Shown here one piece after another: positions 49,296 to 63,590 of a stretch of DNA of 64,000 nt. Each line of letters opens with the position of its first letter. Positions within the stretch are counted from its first letter, which is position 1. Under the pieces are notes generated by a model. The model searched no databases. It had not been told where the DNA came from and saw nothing but the letters and a program-made list of their open reading frames with translations. The DNA lies in assembly GCF_036971445.1 (NCBI RefSeq), contig NC_091480.1:12958001-13022000 (forward strand), written 5' to 3'. This DNA is from Narcine bancroftii. Its lineage: Eukaryota. Made by a program: the position numbers and the translations under genes.

Positions 49296-51894
49296 TACAG
49301 ACCATATCTAGTGCTCTCCTTTCATCAGTTTTCTTATTTACCTTCTCTAAAACCTCAATCGAACTATGTGACAGTATTTCCCCCACACAAAGACACACTG
49401 ATGGTCTCTAAGTAGCCCCAACCTTTCCAAATGTAAAAAGATCCTATCCCTTTGGATTTTCTCCAGTAGTTTTCCTCCCACTGATGTATGCTTGCAGTTA
49501 CCAAACTCACTGTACTGCCCTTCTTAAAAGAGGAACAACGTTAATAAAAACATGATGTCAGGGCCTCAGCTATCTCCTCTCCCATCACATCCTGGGATAG
49601 ATCCCATCTGGCAGTTTATCAACCATTAGGTGTCCCATGACACCTAACACCTCCCATTGTCTTAAAACTGACCTGCTGAAGATTATTCCCCTCTATCTTC
49701 TACGGGCAGTATGGTTAATGTAGTGTTGCAGCACTGTCTATAAGGAGTTTGTACGTTCTCCCTAGGTGTGCATGGGTTTCCTCCAGGTGCTCCGGTCTCC
49801 TTCTGCCCTTCAAAATGTACGGCAGTTATAGGTTAATTGGGCGGCACGGGCTCATTGACCCCGAAGGGCCTGTGACCATGCTGTAGATCTAAATTTAAAT
49901 TTAATTTTTTTTAAATTAGACCTACAGCACGGTCACAGCCCCTTTCAGCCCAAGAGCCCGTGCCACCCAATTTATACCCAATTAACGTACATCCTTGGTA
50001 CATTTTGAACAGTGGGAGGGAACCGGAGCCCCTGGGTAAAACCCACGCAGACTCAGGGAGAACGTTCAAACTTCTTGCAGTCAGTGTGAGATTCGAACCC
50101 CAGTCCTGATTGCTGGTACTGCAAAGCCGTTGCAGTAACCGCTACGCCAACCGTGCAAACGTACCTCTTCTCCGATATTCTCTTGGCATCACAATCTTTG
50201 GTTCTAATACTTTGCTTAGTCATTTATCGTAGCTTTGAACTGAGGAGTTCAAGGAACACAATGAAGAAGTAATCATTCCTCCCTCTCCACTGCCAAACCT
50301 TCTGTCAAAGTGGATTTATGCTCTAAATTAGCCATGGCCCTCAATGCATCACTCCTCATCTTTCTGGGCTTGTGTTCTACTTCAAGGATGCAAACAAAAG
50401 CAAAGCCCAGCGACTTTACACAATGTTCCCAAGCTAACAAGCAAGGGAGAGGTAGTACTTTCCATCTGGTATACACATGGGATTTGACAAGTCTTCATAT
50501 GTTTACCTCATCCAAGGGCTGGCGCTTGAAGGGCCCTTAAAATATTTTTCTACATTAACAATAGTTTATATTTGCTTTTTTGGCACAATGTAGGAGATTC
50601 GCTTCATCATTCCAGTTTTTTAAAAACATTTAGACATACAGCACAACAACAGGCCCTTTCAGCCCATATACAATTACATCCACTTGACCGTCCACACTGA
50701 TACGTCTTGAACGGTGGGAGGAAACCAGAGCCCCCGGATGAAACCCACACAGGGGTGGGGGGGGGGGGGGGGGAGAATGTACGAGTTCCTTACAGACACC
50801 ACCAGATTCCAAACCCAGTCGCTGGTGCTGTAACAGCATTGCGCCAACCGCTACGCTAATCGTGCTGCCCTATTTTCTGATAAGGAAATGGTTAATGTTT
50901 CTGAAGAGTTCAGAAGGATGGGTGCAAGTGACAGGCTAAAAAAGAAACAGCCTCCGTCCTTTGTTATCAGTCTACGGTGTTGGGGACATCACGCAATGAG
51001 TAAGGAGACAGGAATGACACAATAAGATGATGGAAATGGACAGTGTAATCCGTGGGATCTCCTTATGCAGTTGATGAAATTTCTTTGAAACCTTTCCAGA
51101 TTATTGGTGAAGGGGGAAAGAGATAAAAGTTTGTGTTGTCACATGGTTGGATTGTTCACTCCTATGGGCTTTCTTTTATCCATCTATTTGAATGCAGTCA
51201 TGTCTGTGTGTGCTGATGCAGAATGATGTCTCTACATCAAGAGAGTGAAGTAATTGCCTGTTTACTCTATATCTTTCAGCTGTGCCTGCTTCATGACAAA
51301 TTCTGAAATGATTGATTGAGTTCTGCCTTTCAGCTTGGCTTTTCATCCAGATTCTCTTGAATAGTCTTGCACCTGGTCCTGATAATTGTGAAACTATCAC
51401 TTGATAAACAAACTAGAGGCTCTTCATCTTTTCATAGATTCTCCCACACATTTTTAATACCACTTTTTATTGCTAGTTATAATAAAATTGGTGGCAATAG
51501 TTAGCTTAGAGGTTAACACAAGGAAGGGAATTCTCAGACAAAGAGGGCATCATTTCAGGATTAAAAATGTGTCAATTTAAAACAGAGACGAGGGAAAAGC
51601 TCTTTAGTCAAATGGTCGTGAGTCTGCAGAATTTGTTACCACTGGTGGCTGTGGAAAACAAGGTCATAGGGTGTATTTAAGGCAGAGATTGACAGGTATT
51701 TGATTAGTCAGGGGCATCGAGGAAAGCCGGGGAGTTGGGCTGAGTGGGTGGATGGATTAGCTCCTGATTAGAATGGCAGGGCAGACTCGATGGCCTATTT
51801 TTGCTCCTACACCTTTTGAACGTGAACTGGTAGTAATTGGGTGGCACGGGATGCGATTGGAAATCCAAATCGCCTGTTAGTCTGCCAAAGGCCA

Positions 51895-52500
51895 TCAGGA
51901 TGACGACCTTTAGGGATGTGATGTTGATGCTTTATAAGGCCCTGATGAGACCTCACTTGGAGTTTGGGTACAATTTTGGGCTCCTTGTTTAAAAAAGGAT
52001 GCGCTGGCATTGAAGAGGATTCAGGGAAGATTCACAAGGATGATTCCTGGAATGAAGGGATTAGCATGTGAGGAATCTTTGACGGCTCTTAGGTTGCACT
52101 CCTTGGAATTCAGAATAATGAGGGGGGACACCATGGAAGCAATTCAAATGTTGAAAGGCCTGGACAGAGTAGATGTGGCAAAGTTGTTCCCCATGGTCGG
52201 GGAGTCATGGACAAGAGGGCACAACGTCAGGATTGAAGGGCACCCGTTTAAAACAGAGATGGGGAGGGATTTCTTTAGCCAGAGGGTGGTGAACCTTTGG
52301 AATTTTCTGCCACAGGTGGCTGCGGAGATCAAGTCGCTGGGCGCACTTAAGGCAGAAATTGCTAGGCATATGAATTGTCAGGGTATCAAAGATTATGGGG
52401 AGAAGGCAGGGGAGTGGAGCTGAGTGGGAGAATGAATCAACTTCTGATGGATGTGGAGGGAATTGATGGCTGAATGGCCTATTACTGCTCCTATATCTTA
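51895..52500 (+). mobile_element. CR1-clade LINE 3' fragment
   Basis: RIQGRFTRMIPGMKGL...SLEFRIMRGD...TRGH...FFSQRVVNLWNFLP plus CR1 3' UTR. Further fragments at ~10440-10680, 21490-21800, 26060-26279, 27430-27705, 51510-51810, 57213-57380 and 61560-61710. Confidence 0.85.
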
Positions 52501-53625
52501 CGACGTTGAGGGCTGTGTTGTAGGAATCTCGGAGGGTGACAAGACTGAAGGTAACTCATGGGGCAACGAGAGCATCGGCCTCGCTTGGTGTGCCCGCTCA
52601 TAGAGCTTCCTTTCATCTTGCTTCTGATTTAAAGGCAACACCATCCGAGGAACTGGTAAAAGGCCCCTACATACCTGGCGCATGTGCCTCCAGCAAGGGT
52701 CTAATGAGAAGGGGAAGTATGATGGAGTGAAGGAGCTGGTGATGCTGGCACTTTAAAGAAGACAATGAGGGAGAGGAGGACTTTGATCTTCACACTGCGC
52801 TAACTTCAGCCCCTCTATTTCACAGAGCGGCACAGTGAGGATCAAGTAGAGAGTAGTGTCTGTGGAGATAGAAAACGTCATGTCTGTGAGTGTTCATTAG
52901 AAGTGGAATACATTAGAGGTAAAATGTTGATGTAGTAGTTAGTCGGTGACCTACTGCTGACTGTACGTTCTCCCCATGTCCGCCTTGGTTCCTCCCACAT
53001 TCCAAAGTCTTACCAGGCTGGTAGGTTAATAGTTCATGTGACAGTGTGGGCCAGAGGAGCCTGATTCTCTGCTGTATCAGAGTATCAAAACACATTTTAA
53101 AAGCTTGCAGAAGACGTGGAGGCGATAAGGCTCAAGGGGTAAAGACTATGATGAGCATGGACGCTAGGAGAGATTAAGTGACGAAAGGTTTGATGGAACC
53201 CTTGTGAAAACGTAGAGACAGTGAAGAGTGATGAAGGGAGGAGTAAGGAAATAAAAGGTGGTGCAATGCAATAGTACCCTCTGAAATCATTGAGCCTGAA
53301 GAGCTGTGCATTCCATTCGAAAGATGTAGTGTTGTCATCAGGATGAGAACTCATGTTCAACAACCTCAGAAGTAATTTAAACCCCATTATCTACATCGTG
53401 AGACCTACCCAGACCCATTTACCTGTCTCTGTTTTGTTTGTACCTGGATAAGCAGCAATTCATTTTTAAAATCTTCAAGGTTGCCTTCAAATCTTTCCTG
53501 GACTTTGAGAGACAAAGAGTCATACTGCATGGAACAGGCCCTTTGGCCCAGCATCTATGTTGATCAAGTTGGCATTCTGGGCAAGTCCCAGTTGCCTGCT
53601 TTTAGTCCATATCCTTCCAAGCACT

Positions 53626-53866
53626 TGGTAGTCCCAGCCTACTGCTTTGGGCTGTACCTGCAGGTAAGCAACCTGGGAGGCTGGCCCCATCTGCCAGCTG
53701 TCAATCACCGGCCTGTGTAAAGAGTTGAGCCAGCCCCTTCGGGGACAATCAGACATGTGGAGCCAGCAAAGATACTAAAACTGGTGTGCACAAGTTTACG
53801 CTCATTAAAGCCTGTCGTACAGTCTGTGGACTTTGCGTCAGAATTATTCGCACAGCAGCGCTTACA
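53626..53866 (+). mobile_element. Possible degraded solo LTR
   Basis: LTR-like layout (tgtgtaaaga, attaaa, ends cttaca); 5' end and TSD not defined. Confidence 0.3.
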
Positions 53867-54344
53867 ACCTGAAAACCAGGACAGGGAGTATATTTGCATG
53901 TTGGTCGTCCCTGTGAAAAGGGACACAGAGTCCAAAGGGTTTATGAACATTTTTTGCACAATACCTGCATCAGCTGTTAAACAACAACAACAAATATTCT
54001 CTCTCTTCTTCCAAAGTCTTCCCTGCATCAAATTCCTCTTGAGAAAATATGATCAGTTATTAAATAAATCTTATCATCGTGACTACAACAGTGTGGCTGT
54101 GCTGTTATAAGACACAGAAAGCCTGTTAATCACAGGGTCCTGGTATTGAAGGATCCACCTTGCAGAATAAACAGCGATTCAAGTCAATATCCCTGGAAAA
54201 CCTGAGTGGCCCAAAATATAGAAAATTAAATGCCTAAAATTCTGAAATGAAAGTGGGCGGTTTGATACTGCATGACAAGGTAAGCTAACATTTGCAAAGG
54301 CATAGATTAAAGTAGTAAAAAAATACTGGGTTTTGCAAAAAAAA

Positions 54345-55128
54345 AACAGCAAGGCTGCCGGATGCCACTGGTGCGGGCCCGGGGAGGGCAGGGAGTGAAG
54401 TCCCTGTACTCCCCTGCGGTGACCAACTGCCCCGTCTGACTGCTGTCAGCTCTGTACAAGTTTTAAGTGAACTATTAAAGAAGCTGATGTTGGTTTATTT
54501 TAAAATCCAGCGACCGTGGGGTCTGGCCCCAAGATGGTGGCGCCTATGATAGGCAGCGGCCACAAGGGGTTGCAAACTCCGGGGTAGCAAAGGACCCCCT
54601 CCCCCACCCCACCCCCACCATTTGAGAAGGAGAAGCAGAGGAGACGTCTCACGGGACATTGACCTTGGCGGCAGACCAGAGAGGGTCCCTGAGGCTGAAG
54701 AACAGAACACACAGGCGATGGACTGTTGGTGACTTGAGGCGAGGTACCCATGTCAGCTGCAGCCTGCAGGCGACTGCAGTCAAGGGATTCCCACTAGGCT
54801 GCGGACTCCTGGGCACTGCCTTGAGACTGGCTAAAGGGGTAATAGGTATCAGATGTGGGATGCTAGAGGCTTCCTAATTGTCTCAGGTTGCTGATGGTTT
54901 GGACTGAAGGTCGTGTGGCTTCGAAGGCTGCAGGAGCGCTGGAGGCGAATCCACGGACATTCAGTGAGACTGGGGGGACTTTCTCTCACTTCTTTTTCTC
55001 TGGCTGTAGGGGGCACTGGACATTTTTTGCTGACGGTGAAACTTTGCTTGCCTTACGGAAGAAAATTTTGTGTAATGTCACATTTTCTGTTTTATTACAC
55101 GACAATAAAATGATCTTGAATCTTGAAA
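54345..55128 (+). mobile_element. Second near-complete copy of the ~745-bp retroposon
   Basis: Shares ggtttattttaaaatcc...ggtctgg..ccaagatgg.ggc.cctatg and the tail gacaataaa...cttgaatcttgaa. Confidence 0.7.
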
Positions 55129-55369
55129 TTAAAGGTGCATTGTAAATGGTAAGCATGGTGTAAAGAGAAAGAACAAAACAAAGGGAAAATAACAGCCATT
55201 GGAAACTTTAAATCAAAACTGGAATGCAGCTCAGACCTCACTGGGGAGAGTAACAGCCAATGAGTGGAGACTAGTCTGCAGCAAAATGATAAGCCAAACA
55301 TTTTTTTATTGAAAGCACTAACAGTAAACTAAACAGTGGTGTCCAATATTTAAAAATTGTAAAAAGGCT

Positions 55370-55915
55370 CGACCACATCGAACTCTCAATTCTTCCTGAA
55401 GTCCACTCTTGGCTCTTTGGTCTTGCTGACACTCACTGATAGCAAGATGGATGTTGTGGCACCACCCAGCGAGGTGCTCGATCTTCATCCTGCTTTCTCA
55501 CTCATCGTAACCATCAAAACGGTGGTGTCGCCAGCCAATTTGTCGATCGCGTTGGAACCAAACTTGGCTCCGCAATCCTGGGTGTACGGGAGAATAGAGC
55601 AGGGGACTAGGGCATACACTCCAGCACCAGCATAATGGATGTTCCTTTGAAGCAGGTGAGGACTCAGAGTGTAGCAGTAAGAGGTTGATGGTGTCTGCAA
55701 ATCTTCACCCAGTAGGTCCGTGCAGTTTTTAAGGACACACCCAGCCAGATGGATGGGATGCTTTCTTCGAGGCCACCCTCTTGAATATTCTTTTCACATC
55801 TTCACTGCTGGGATTTTCCTCTCCACGCGTCAGCAAATGTGGTGGAATCGCAGTTGCTGATGGTAGAAGTAGGTGGCTTGGTCTTGGTTTTCCAATCTTG
55901 CACTGATGAAACACT
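55370..55915 (-). mobile_element. Rex1/Babar-like RT core relic
   Basis: YTQDCGAKFGSNAIDKLAGDTTV resembles the YTHDC...KFADDTTV region of this clade. Confidence 0.6.
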
Positions 55916-56679
55916 AGATAAATGATCATGAGATAACCCCGCGGCATGGTTATCCTAACGCTATTACAGCTCCTGTGATCTGGCTTCAAATCCAGCGCTG
56001 TCTGGGAGTATTTTGAACATTTTCTCCATGGGTTTCCTTTGGGTGCTCTGGTTTTTCCCAGATTCCAAAAACACACAGGATAAGAAGGTCGGTCGGTCGC
56101 ATGGGTGTATTTGAGCAGTGTGGGCTTGTGGGCCAAAAGGGCCTGTCAGTAAATTAATATGTTTTTAGATTGCCCTAATCAGATTGCCATGCACAAGTTG
56201 GCTTCATTTTTATAACAGAACTGCATTTCAGAACCACTTGAGTGAGGTTGCAACATTTGCTGAAAAGCATCAGAAAAGAGCCATGTAAATGCAAATCTTT
56301 CTTCCTAAGGATGTTTAAAATTGAAAAATTATCCAACCTCACACATCAAGCAGTCTCCTTTTTCAAGATGGCTTGCGCTTTTTAAACAGCACCTGTTTCA
56401 ATGCACATAACCAGCATTTTCTTCGTGCACCTGGACTAATTAAAACTCTTGCAAACCTTCTGCCAATTTATGGAAGTCATCAACACTGTGAATGGGATCC
56501 TGAGCAAGCAACAAGATAGTATTTGCATGAGGCTCCTGGTCTACCAGCATCTCAATTCTAAAGTTCTTCGCCTCTTCTAAATCCCTCCAGAGCCTCATCC
56601 CTCTCTATAGTGATATTCTACAGTCTTATATTGACCAGGGCCTGTTGTATAACCCCATCTTATTTGATTTGCCCCATGA

Positions 56680-57212
56680 ATGGTGCACCAACAACAACCT
56701 CGGACTCAATGCCACCAAAACAAGGAGATGATTATTGACTTCAGGAAGGGGAAATCAGAGGTGTATGATCCAGTGATCAGTGGGGGAATCAGAGGTGGAG
56801 AGGGTGAGCAAATTTAAGTTTTTGGCAGTCACTCTCTCAGAGGATCTTTCTTGGACCCAACACCCTAATGGCATCATGAAGAAAGCACCTTTACTTCCTC
56901 AGGAGTTTGCGGAGGGTTTGGTAAGACCCTGGAAATTTTCTACAGATGTGAGGTAGAAAGTGTGCTGACTGACTGCATCATGGTCTGGCATGGAGACACC
57001 AATACCCTGAGTGAAAATCCCTACCAAATGCAGTGGACACAGCCAAGGACATCACAGACAAAACCCTCCCCATCTACTAGGGACACTGCCATCGGAGAGC
57101 AGCAGCAATGATCAAGGAACCACACCACCCAGCACATGCTCTGTTTTCACTGCTACCCTCAGTAAAGAGGTATAGGTGCCACAAGGCACACACCACCAGG
57201 TCAGGAACAGCT
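56680..57212 (+). mobile_element. Rex1/Babar-like LINE fragment
   Basis: Homologous to 10700-12225; IKEPHHPAHALFSLLPSVKRYRCHKAHTTR. Confidence 0.75.
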
Positions 57213-57799
57213 CATTGGGTGCATTTAAGGCAGGGATTAATAGGTTCCTCATTAGCCAGGGCATCAAAGGTTGTGAGGAGAAGGCTGGGCAGTGGGGTGG
57301 CATGGGAAATGGATCAGCTCATGATTAAATGGCAAGACAGACTTGATGGGCTGAATAGCTTATTTCTGCTTCTGTGCCTTAAGGTCTTCTGGACTTGTTG
57401 GGCAGGCACTATCCCACCAGCAGGGAAGGGAAATAAGAAATAGCTCAAGCCTTGCCTCCCTTTCATTGGGCTCCCATTATCTCGTTTCACACTGTGCTGG
57501 AGCACCTTATCAGACAAGCCAAAGGAAAAGGGGAGGAAGTTGTGTTCAGAGAGTCGAAGGAAGCAGATGGAAAGAAGGCCTATCTAAATATTTACTTTGC
57601 TATTTATTCAATCACATTTTGTAGACTTCATTGTTGAGATCAGTGTGTATGGCTCTTTTACTTCTGTTCAATGGAATTTATTGACCGGCAATTTCAGATT
57701 GCACTTAGGAGTCAACTACAAGGTATGGGCCAGAAATCGGGTACTAAAGCCATATTTGGTGGATTTTTGAGAGCATTAAGGTTTTGTTTTGCACAAATG

Positions 57800-58382
57800 T
57801 TTCAGTTTCATGGACATTACAAAAAAAAGGGGACTATGATAGACAACTTCAAGCTCAATATAGAGATAATTTCAGATTTGCTGCATACCATAGGAAGTTG
57901 GAGAAACATTCAATGAACTTACATTGAATTTAGCATGTTTAATCACATAATGATGCTGACATTAGTTCAACTGACCTAAAGTATTTTGCTGGCGATTTTC
58001 ATTTGTACTCAGCATCTGATGCCTCTCCTGTCAGTGTCCAACAGTAGTCAGCCAGCCTTGATGGATTCCAGTTGCCCCGATACCACTTTTCCATGGTCAC
58101 AATGTCCTGGTGAAACCTTTCACCGTGTTCGTCACTGACTGCACTGAGATCAGCAGGGAAGAAGTCCTAGTGCAAATGCAGAAAATGAATTTTCAATGAC
58201 ATAGTTCATGGTTTTGTACATTTGAACTAGACTTAAAATGGGATAGGCAATCACAAAAATAGATTATATCTAATAAACAGCACATAACAGGAAACATTTA
58301 AGGTAATTTTCATGATCAGCTGCCCAGTTTCCATAAGGTACACCCACAATGTTCAGAAAGCAATATCTTTGTTGTCCAATAT
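57800..58382 (-). mobile_element. Second Chapaev3 derivative
   Basis: Reverse-complement homology to 28520-29278, including SLKIHFLH and AVSDEHGERFHQDIVTME. Left boundary approximate. Confidence 0.75.
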
Positions 58383-59843
58383 TATTGGTGATTTTTAAAT
58401 TGAAGAATTTCAAGATTCAAGATACCTTGAATAATAAAACAGGTGTAATATTACACAATATTGCCTTTAGTCTACTATAAGGCAGACAAAGATTCAGCAT
58501 TTGCATTGCTCGGCGCCTCTTACAGTCAGAGAATGAGAAGCAAAAGAGAGTCTCCGCCAGAGTCACCAAGTGGCCGTGGATTCGCCTCCAGCACTCCAGG
58601 TTCAAACTTATTAATTCGGCTGATTTCAGATTGCCCAGCTGTAATGATGGGGTTTGAACTCCGGATCATATGATATACATAATATGAATTACATTTCTGA
58701 ACATGACTGCAGATTGCTTTTCAAGAGGAATCACTGCAGGAGACCAGTAGGCCTCATTAGAACACTCTATCAGACCAAACTATATCTCAGCTTTCACCCT
58801 GAAGTCTTACAATTAATTTATTTCCAAGTAAATGGAAAATATCTTCATTTTTGACTTCTAGTTAGTGAAGCCCAGATCATAGCTACATGCTACACTTAGT
58901 ACATAAGGTTTATCTCACATTGCACTCAGTCTTTTAGCCAATTGTCATTGACATGTCCTCTGCTTCTTGACTCTTCCCCTCCCTCCGTCTCCACCCCCCA
59001 CCCAGTAGAAATAATTTCCAGTAAAAACACAGAAATGCTGGGAGAACTTAGCTGGTCTCGCCATATCCATGGGAGATAAAGGCATATAACCAATGTTTCA
59101 GGCATGAGCCCTTCCTCAAGGTATGGGAGGAAGCAGGCTGCACCTGAATAAAAGAAATATCGGAGGGAGGAGTACAGACCAACAGACAAAAGGTGATAAT
59201 TGGATATGGAGGAAAGGCCAGGAGAAAGGACAGGGGGAGGGAAAGGAGGGCGGGTTTGGCTTTGTGAATGCAGAGCTGAAGTAGAGGAGACAGAGAGTAA
59301 CAGGAAGAGAGAGTCAGAGCTACAGGAAAGAAGTTGGGGCTGAGGATTAACAGAAACCAGAGAGGTCGATGTTAATGCCATCCAGTTAGAGGGTGCCCAG
59401 ATCGGGTTAGAGGAGAGCATTAGGGTAACCAGGTGGGGCACAGTCTGACAGTTGTAGACTCGCTCAGCAGTGGGGGGGGGGGGGGGAGTGGGAATTCTGA
59501 CAGCGGCCTACCTGCTGAGCGGACGTAAAAACCCTCTGTCCCTCTAATGCTCCTTTTAATTCATAGAGAGTCACTGATGTGCGTCAAGCTAGACATTAGT
59601 GTAATGGGCAGGGGCCTGGTCCACGAATGCCACTCTTGCCACTGACCATGTTTTGGACTCTTCTCTCAAATCACTCAATGTCTTGTGCTGTGAGGAAAAG
59701 AAGTTCCACTTCTCCCATTTGTCACTGTCTCCACTTAAGCCTGTCATCAGTTATGTCCAGGACCATTCACAAAATGATTTCTGCAGACTCTTCAGGGCTT
59801 TTGCATCCTTCCTGTCATATACTGACAAGTACTGGAGGTAATA

Positions 59844-60570
59844 CAGTAAAACCCCTATTACCTGGAATTTAAGCAACTGGGAGCCTCAAGCAAATAGAAA
59901 AAAAATCGAGGAAAATGAAGAAAAATTAAAATAAATAATAACAATATAGTTAATAAATACTTAAGTTTAAAATAGGAAAAGTAAATGTTCTCTAAAGTAA
60001 CACGTAAACCTTGATGAAGATTGGAGCAAATATCCAGCCAGCACAGTGCCTTACTCATGTTTTGCTCGTAGCAGCTGTTTGAATAAAGTTGCGTGAATCA
60101 GTAATGGCGTCACCCTGGATGAAGAGACGGTTGATGCTGCTCGCCGTTGGGGTGACCCTCTTAAAGTGTCTCCTTATCCCTGCTTAGTAAGAGTAACCCC
60201 AGTCAGAGGCTTTATCTGTAAACATTAGGGGGGAGGGAGGGGGTAAATAATTATCTGTAATGTTATTGTTCATCTTTTGGGAAGCTCCATGAAGGGGGAG
60301 AAACCTGCAGATGCAGCCATGGTTAAATGTTTTCAAAGAATGTGGCTGAAACTAAAGTAAAATCCTTTAAGTTTTATATATTCATGTATGTGAAGTTTGT
60401 TCAGTGTAAGTACAGTATCGTGTTTTGCCTTTTGTCTTCTAAACTAAATAATCTTAATGCAGGTATATTAGTTAGGCTTTGCAAGAAAGAGTAAGTGTCA
60501 AGCAACCATGAGATACATTTATCTGGCACCTACCAATCCCCATAGGTGCGGAATACCAGGGGTTTTACTT
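59844..60570. mobile_element. Non-autonomous Tigger-like element, second family, copy 1
   Basis: ta|cagtaaaacccct ... aggggttttact; colinear with 61941-62545. Confidence 0.72.
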
Positions 60571-61940
60571 TCCTCTGCTTGCAGATAAATTTTTACAGAG
60601 TTTGCAGTGGTTGTGTAGTTTACAGAAACTCTTGAGGTTCTGGTTATATTATTTCTGGAAACTTCATTCTACCTTCAATTCTAAAGATCGTCAAGCTTGT
60701 GATTGTGACCTGGCAGTTTCGGTGAAGAAGTATTTGCAGCAAAAGCATGAAACTCACTCTGAAATCAAAACATGGAATTCTCATCAAATGAGAGACTGCA
60801 AAAAATGTGGAACTCTGGGTTTTGATACAAATGCAGGGCGAATGCCTTCCTGATAACAATGACTAACTTGGATGAAAGCTAAACAAGGAGAAATAACCAT
60901 CTTCTGATCAAAACATCTACCCCTGAGATTTATAGCACTGTTAATATTAGATTGTGCTATTTTGTGCAACTGAGATGGAACACTACAGTGATAAACGCCA
61001 AGATCTTTACTAGGCTTGCTCAAATCTAGGTGTTAAAAATAAAACAAAGGATGTAAGGTTGAGCAATCAAACCACTTGATTTATCTGCCCCAAGAGATGT
61101 AAGATGTGGGGGGGGGGGGGGTGTACACTGCAATTTATCAATGACCCAGTACTGTCTCCACATGTCTTTGTTAGCTGTGTTACGAGTGATCGAACTCCAC
61201 TGTGTACCTATCAACCAAATAGAGCTTTGTGTACTTTGTGAAATATGACTCATTTGCACAGAGCCATAGCAAACGTTAGCAGCCCAAGAGTGGGTTAAAG
61301 GTAATATTTTAACTCCTGTGTCAGCGGGCTATGAATTTACACAAATTCTAAAGAACAGAGGAGGCAGGTGGTCCAGCAATCCATGAGGTCGGCAAGATGA
61401 GGCACACTAAGTCACCAGGCAATCAAATAGCACTGGACTATCTTGTCTGCGTCAATTATTTGAAAGGAATATCCATGATATCCTCTCAATAAAGTCACAA
61501 CCAGGGTCACTTTGGCCAAAATGTAAAAATTGCCACATGCATTTAATCAGTGATGTGACATGATGCAGAGATTGATGAGCCTGGGCATCAAAGTTTAAGG
61601 GGAGAAGGTCGGACAGTGGGGCTGAATGGGAAAATGGGTCAGCTCGTGATTAATGGTGGGGCAGACTCAATGAGCTGAATAGCCTCTTTCTGCTCCTCTG
61701 TCATAGTTGTGGTCAATGTTAGCAGGATGGGAAGTAAGTAGCTCCAGGAATATTTATTGGAATGCTGGAAATTTATTTCAATATTAAGTCTCTTTTACAT
61801 ACCTGAAGTTTACAGTGAAATAATCCATCATAGAAAGTGAAGCGGAGAGACAAAAGGATGAAACAAGCAAAAATACGTAGCTCACTGATCACACTGGAAC
61901 AAACTACTGTAAATGTTCTGAGAACTCCTCAAGCCATATA

Positions 61941-62545
61941 CAGTAAAATCTGTGTTATCCGGAATTCATGCAACCTCAAGCAACCAACAAAAAATTGAGG
62001 AAAATAAATAACTTAAAAATTTTATATAAAGTAAGAGTGAATAAAAAAATAAATAAAAGTAACACTTCCATCTTTAGTGAAAATGGAAGCAAATATTCAG
62101 CTAGCCAAGCTTTGCTCAGAGCAGCTGTTTGAATAAGGTGTGAATAAAGTTGTGTTTGAATAGAATGGCGTTGCCCAGGATGAAGAGCTGGTTGATGCCC
62201 TCCTTATCCCTGCTTAGTAAGAGTCTTTATATTATTAAGTATATTAGTAAGTATATTATTGTTCGTCTTTTGTGCAACTCCATGGAGGGGGAGGAACCTG
62301 CAGATGCAGCAATGGTTAAAAGTTTTCAAAAAATGCGACTGAAAATAAAGTAAAATGCTTTGAGGTTTATATATTCATGCAAGTGAAGTTTGTTCAGTGA
62401 AAGTCCAATATAGTATTTTTGTCATTTAAACTGTTTATTCTTAATGTAGGCGTATTAGTTAGGCAATAAGTCTCAAGCAACCAGAAAACTTGTTTATTTG
62501 GCACCCACCAACCCCTGTAGGTGCCAGATACCATGGGTTTTGCTG
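61941..62545. mobile_element. Non-autonomous Tigger-like element, second family, copy 2
   Basis: ta|cagtaaaatc ... gggttttgctg|ta; shares internal blocks with 59844-60570. Confidence 0.72.
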
Positions 62546-63227
62546 TATAATGTGGCGTTTTTATGGTGCACTTACAGTCTTTTAAAATATTCAAATAAAA
62601 TCTTGCAACCATGCAGGTCTGTGTCTAAGATGTCAGTGCCTGAACTGTGCAGCAGCTTTGAGGGGTTGCAGACCCTGGGAGCAGAGGACTGGCGCAGGAC
62701 ACTAGAATACACCCCGCTGAGAAAGAGAAGCAGAGGAGACGACCCTACAGTGTGGTGCCCATGGCAGCAGACCAGTGAGGAGCTCAGTGGCTGAAGGACC
62801 CGCAAAGGGTGCGGGCGGCTTGTGGTCGGGGGACCCACACGGGCTGCGGACTGCTCTTGGTTGGCTCATGAGAGCCAGGTGTCAGAGTTGAGATTCAAAA
62901 GGGTACTGAGGGCAAGGTGGCCTCCCAAAAGCCCTCAGGCACTGAAGGCTTCCTGGTCATGCTAGAGGTTTGGATCGGATTACCAAAGGGATCTAATCGG
63001 TCTGTGCAGATGCAGAAGCTGAAGGAGACACAGGCACTCAATAACTCTAAGGGATTCATTTTGGCTTCTCTTTCTCTCTTACTGTAAGGGACGCCGGGTG
63101 ACACTAATGGCAACTCTTTGTCTGCCTTTTGGCAGGCAGAAGACAATTTTGAGATCTGTACTATTTTATGACCAAAAAAAAGAATTAGAAGGCTCCAAAC
63201 AGAGGCCCTATCCCGACCACACCCTAC

Positions 63228-63590
63228 TGTAAGGTAAAACATCATGAGATGGGAATGTGTAAGGAGTTACCCTGTACAGGGCTGTAACAAGATGTGAATG
63301 CATCCTTGTACTTACAAGATAAGAGAGACATTGATGGATTGAGAGGCAGGAAGCTAGCAGGGAAAGGATAGCAACAGTTTTAGTCATTGGACAAGTAATG
63401 ATATGATGATGTTCTAAGCACGTATCCAAGGGTATAAAAAATCACCATTTTGCTGATAACGGCAGAATGCATTCTCCGACTAACATGGTTAGTTGCAAGT
63501 GTTACAATCCGGTAATAAAGAACAAAGAACCCTGATTTCGACTCAGCCTGGTGTTTGTCTCACTCATTCATGAACAAAGCAGACCTAACA
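63228..63590 (+). mobile_element. Solo LTR (363 bp)
   Basis: tgtaaggt ... acctaaca; TSD ctac at 63224-63227 and 63591-63594; TATAAAA ~63433 and AATAAA ~63514. Confidence 0.87.
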
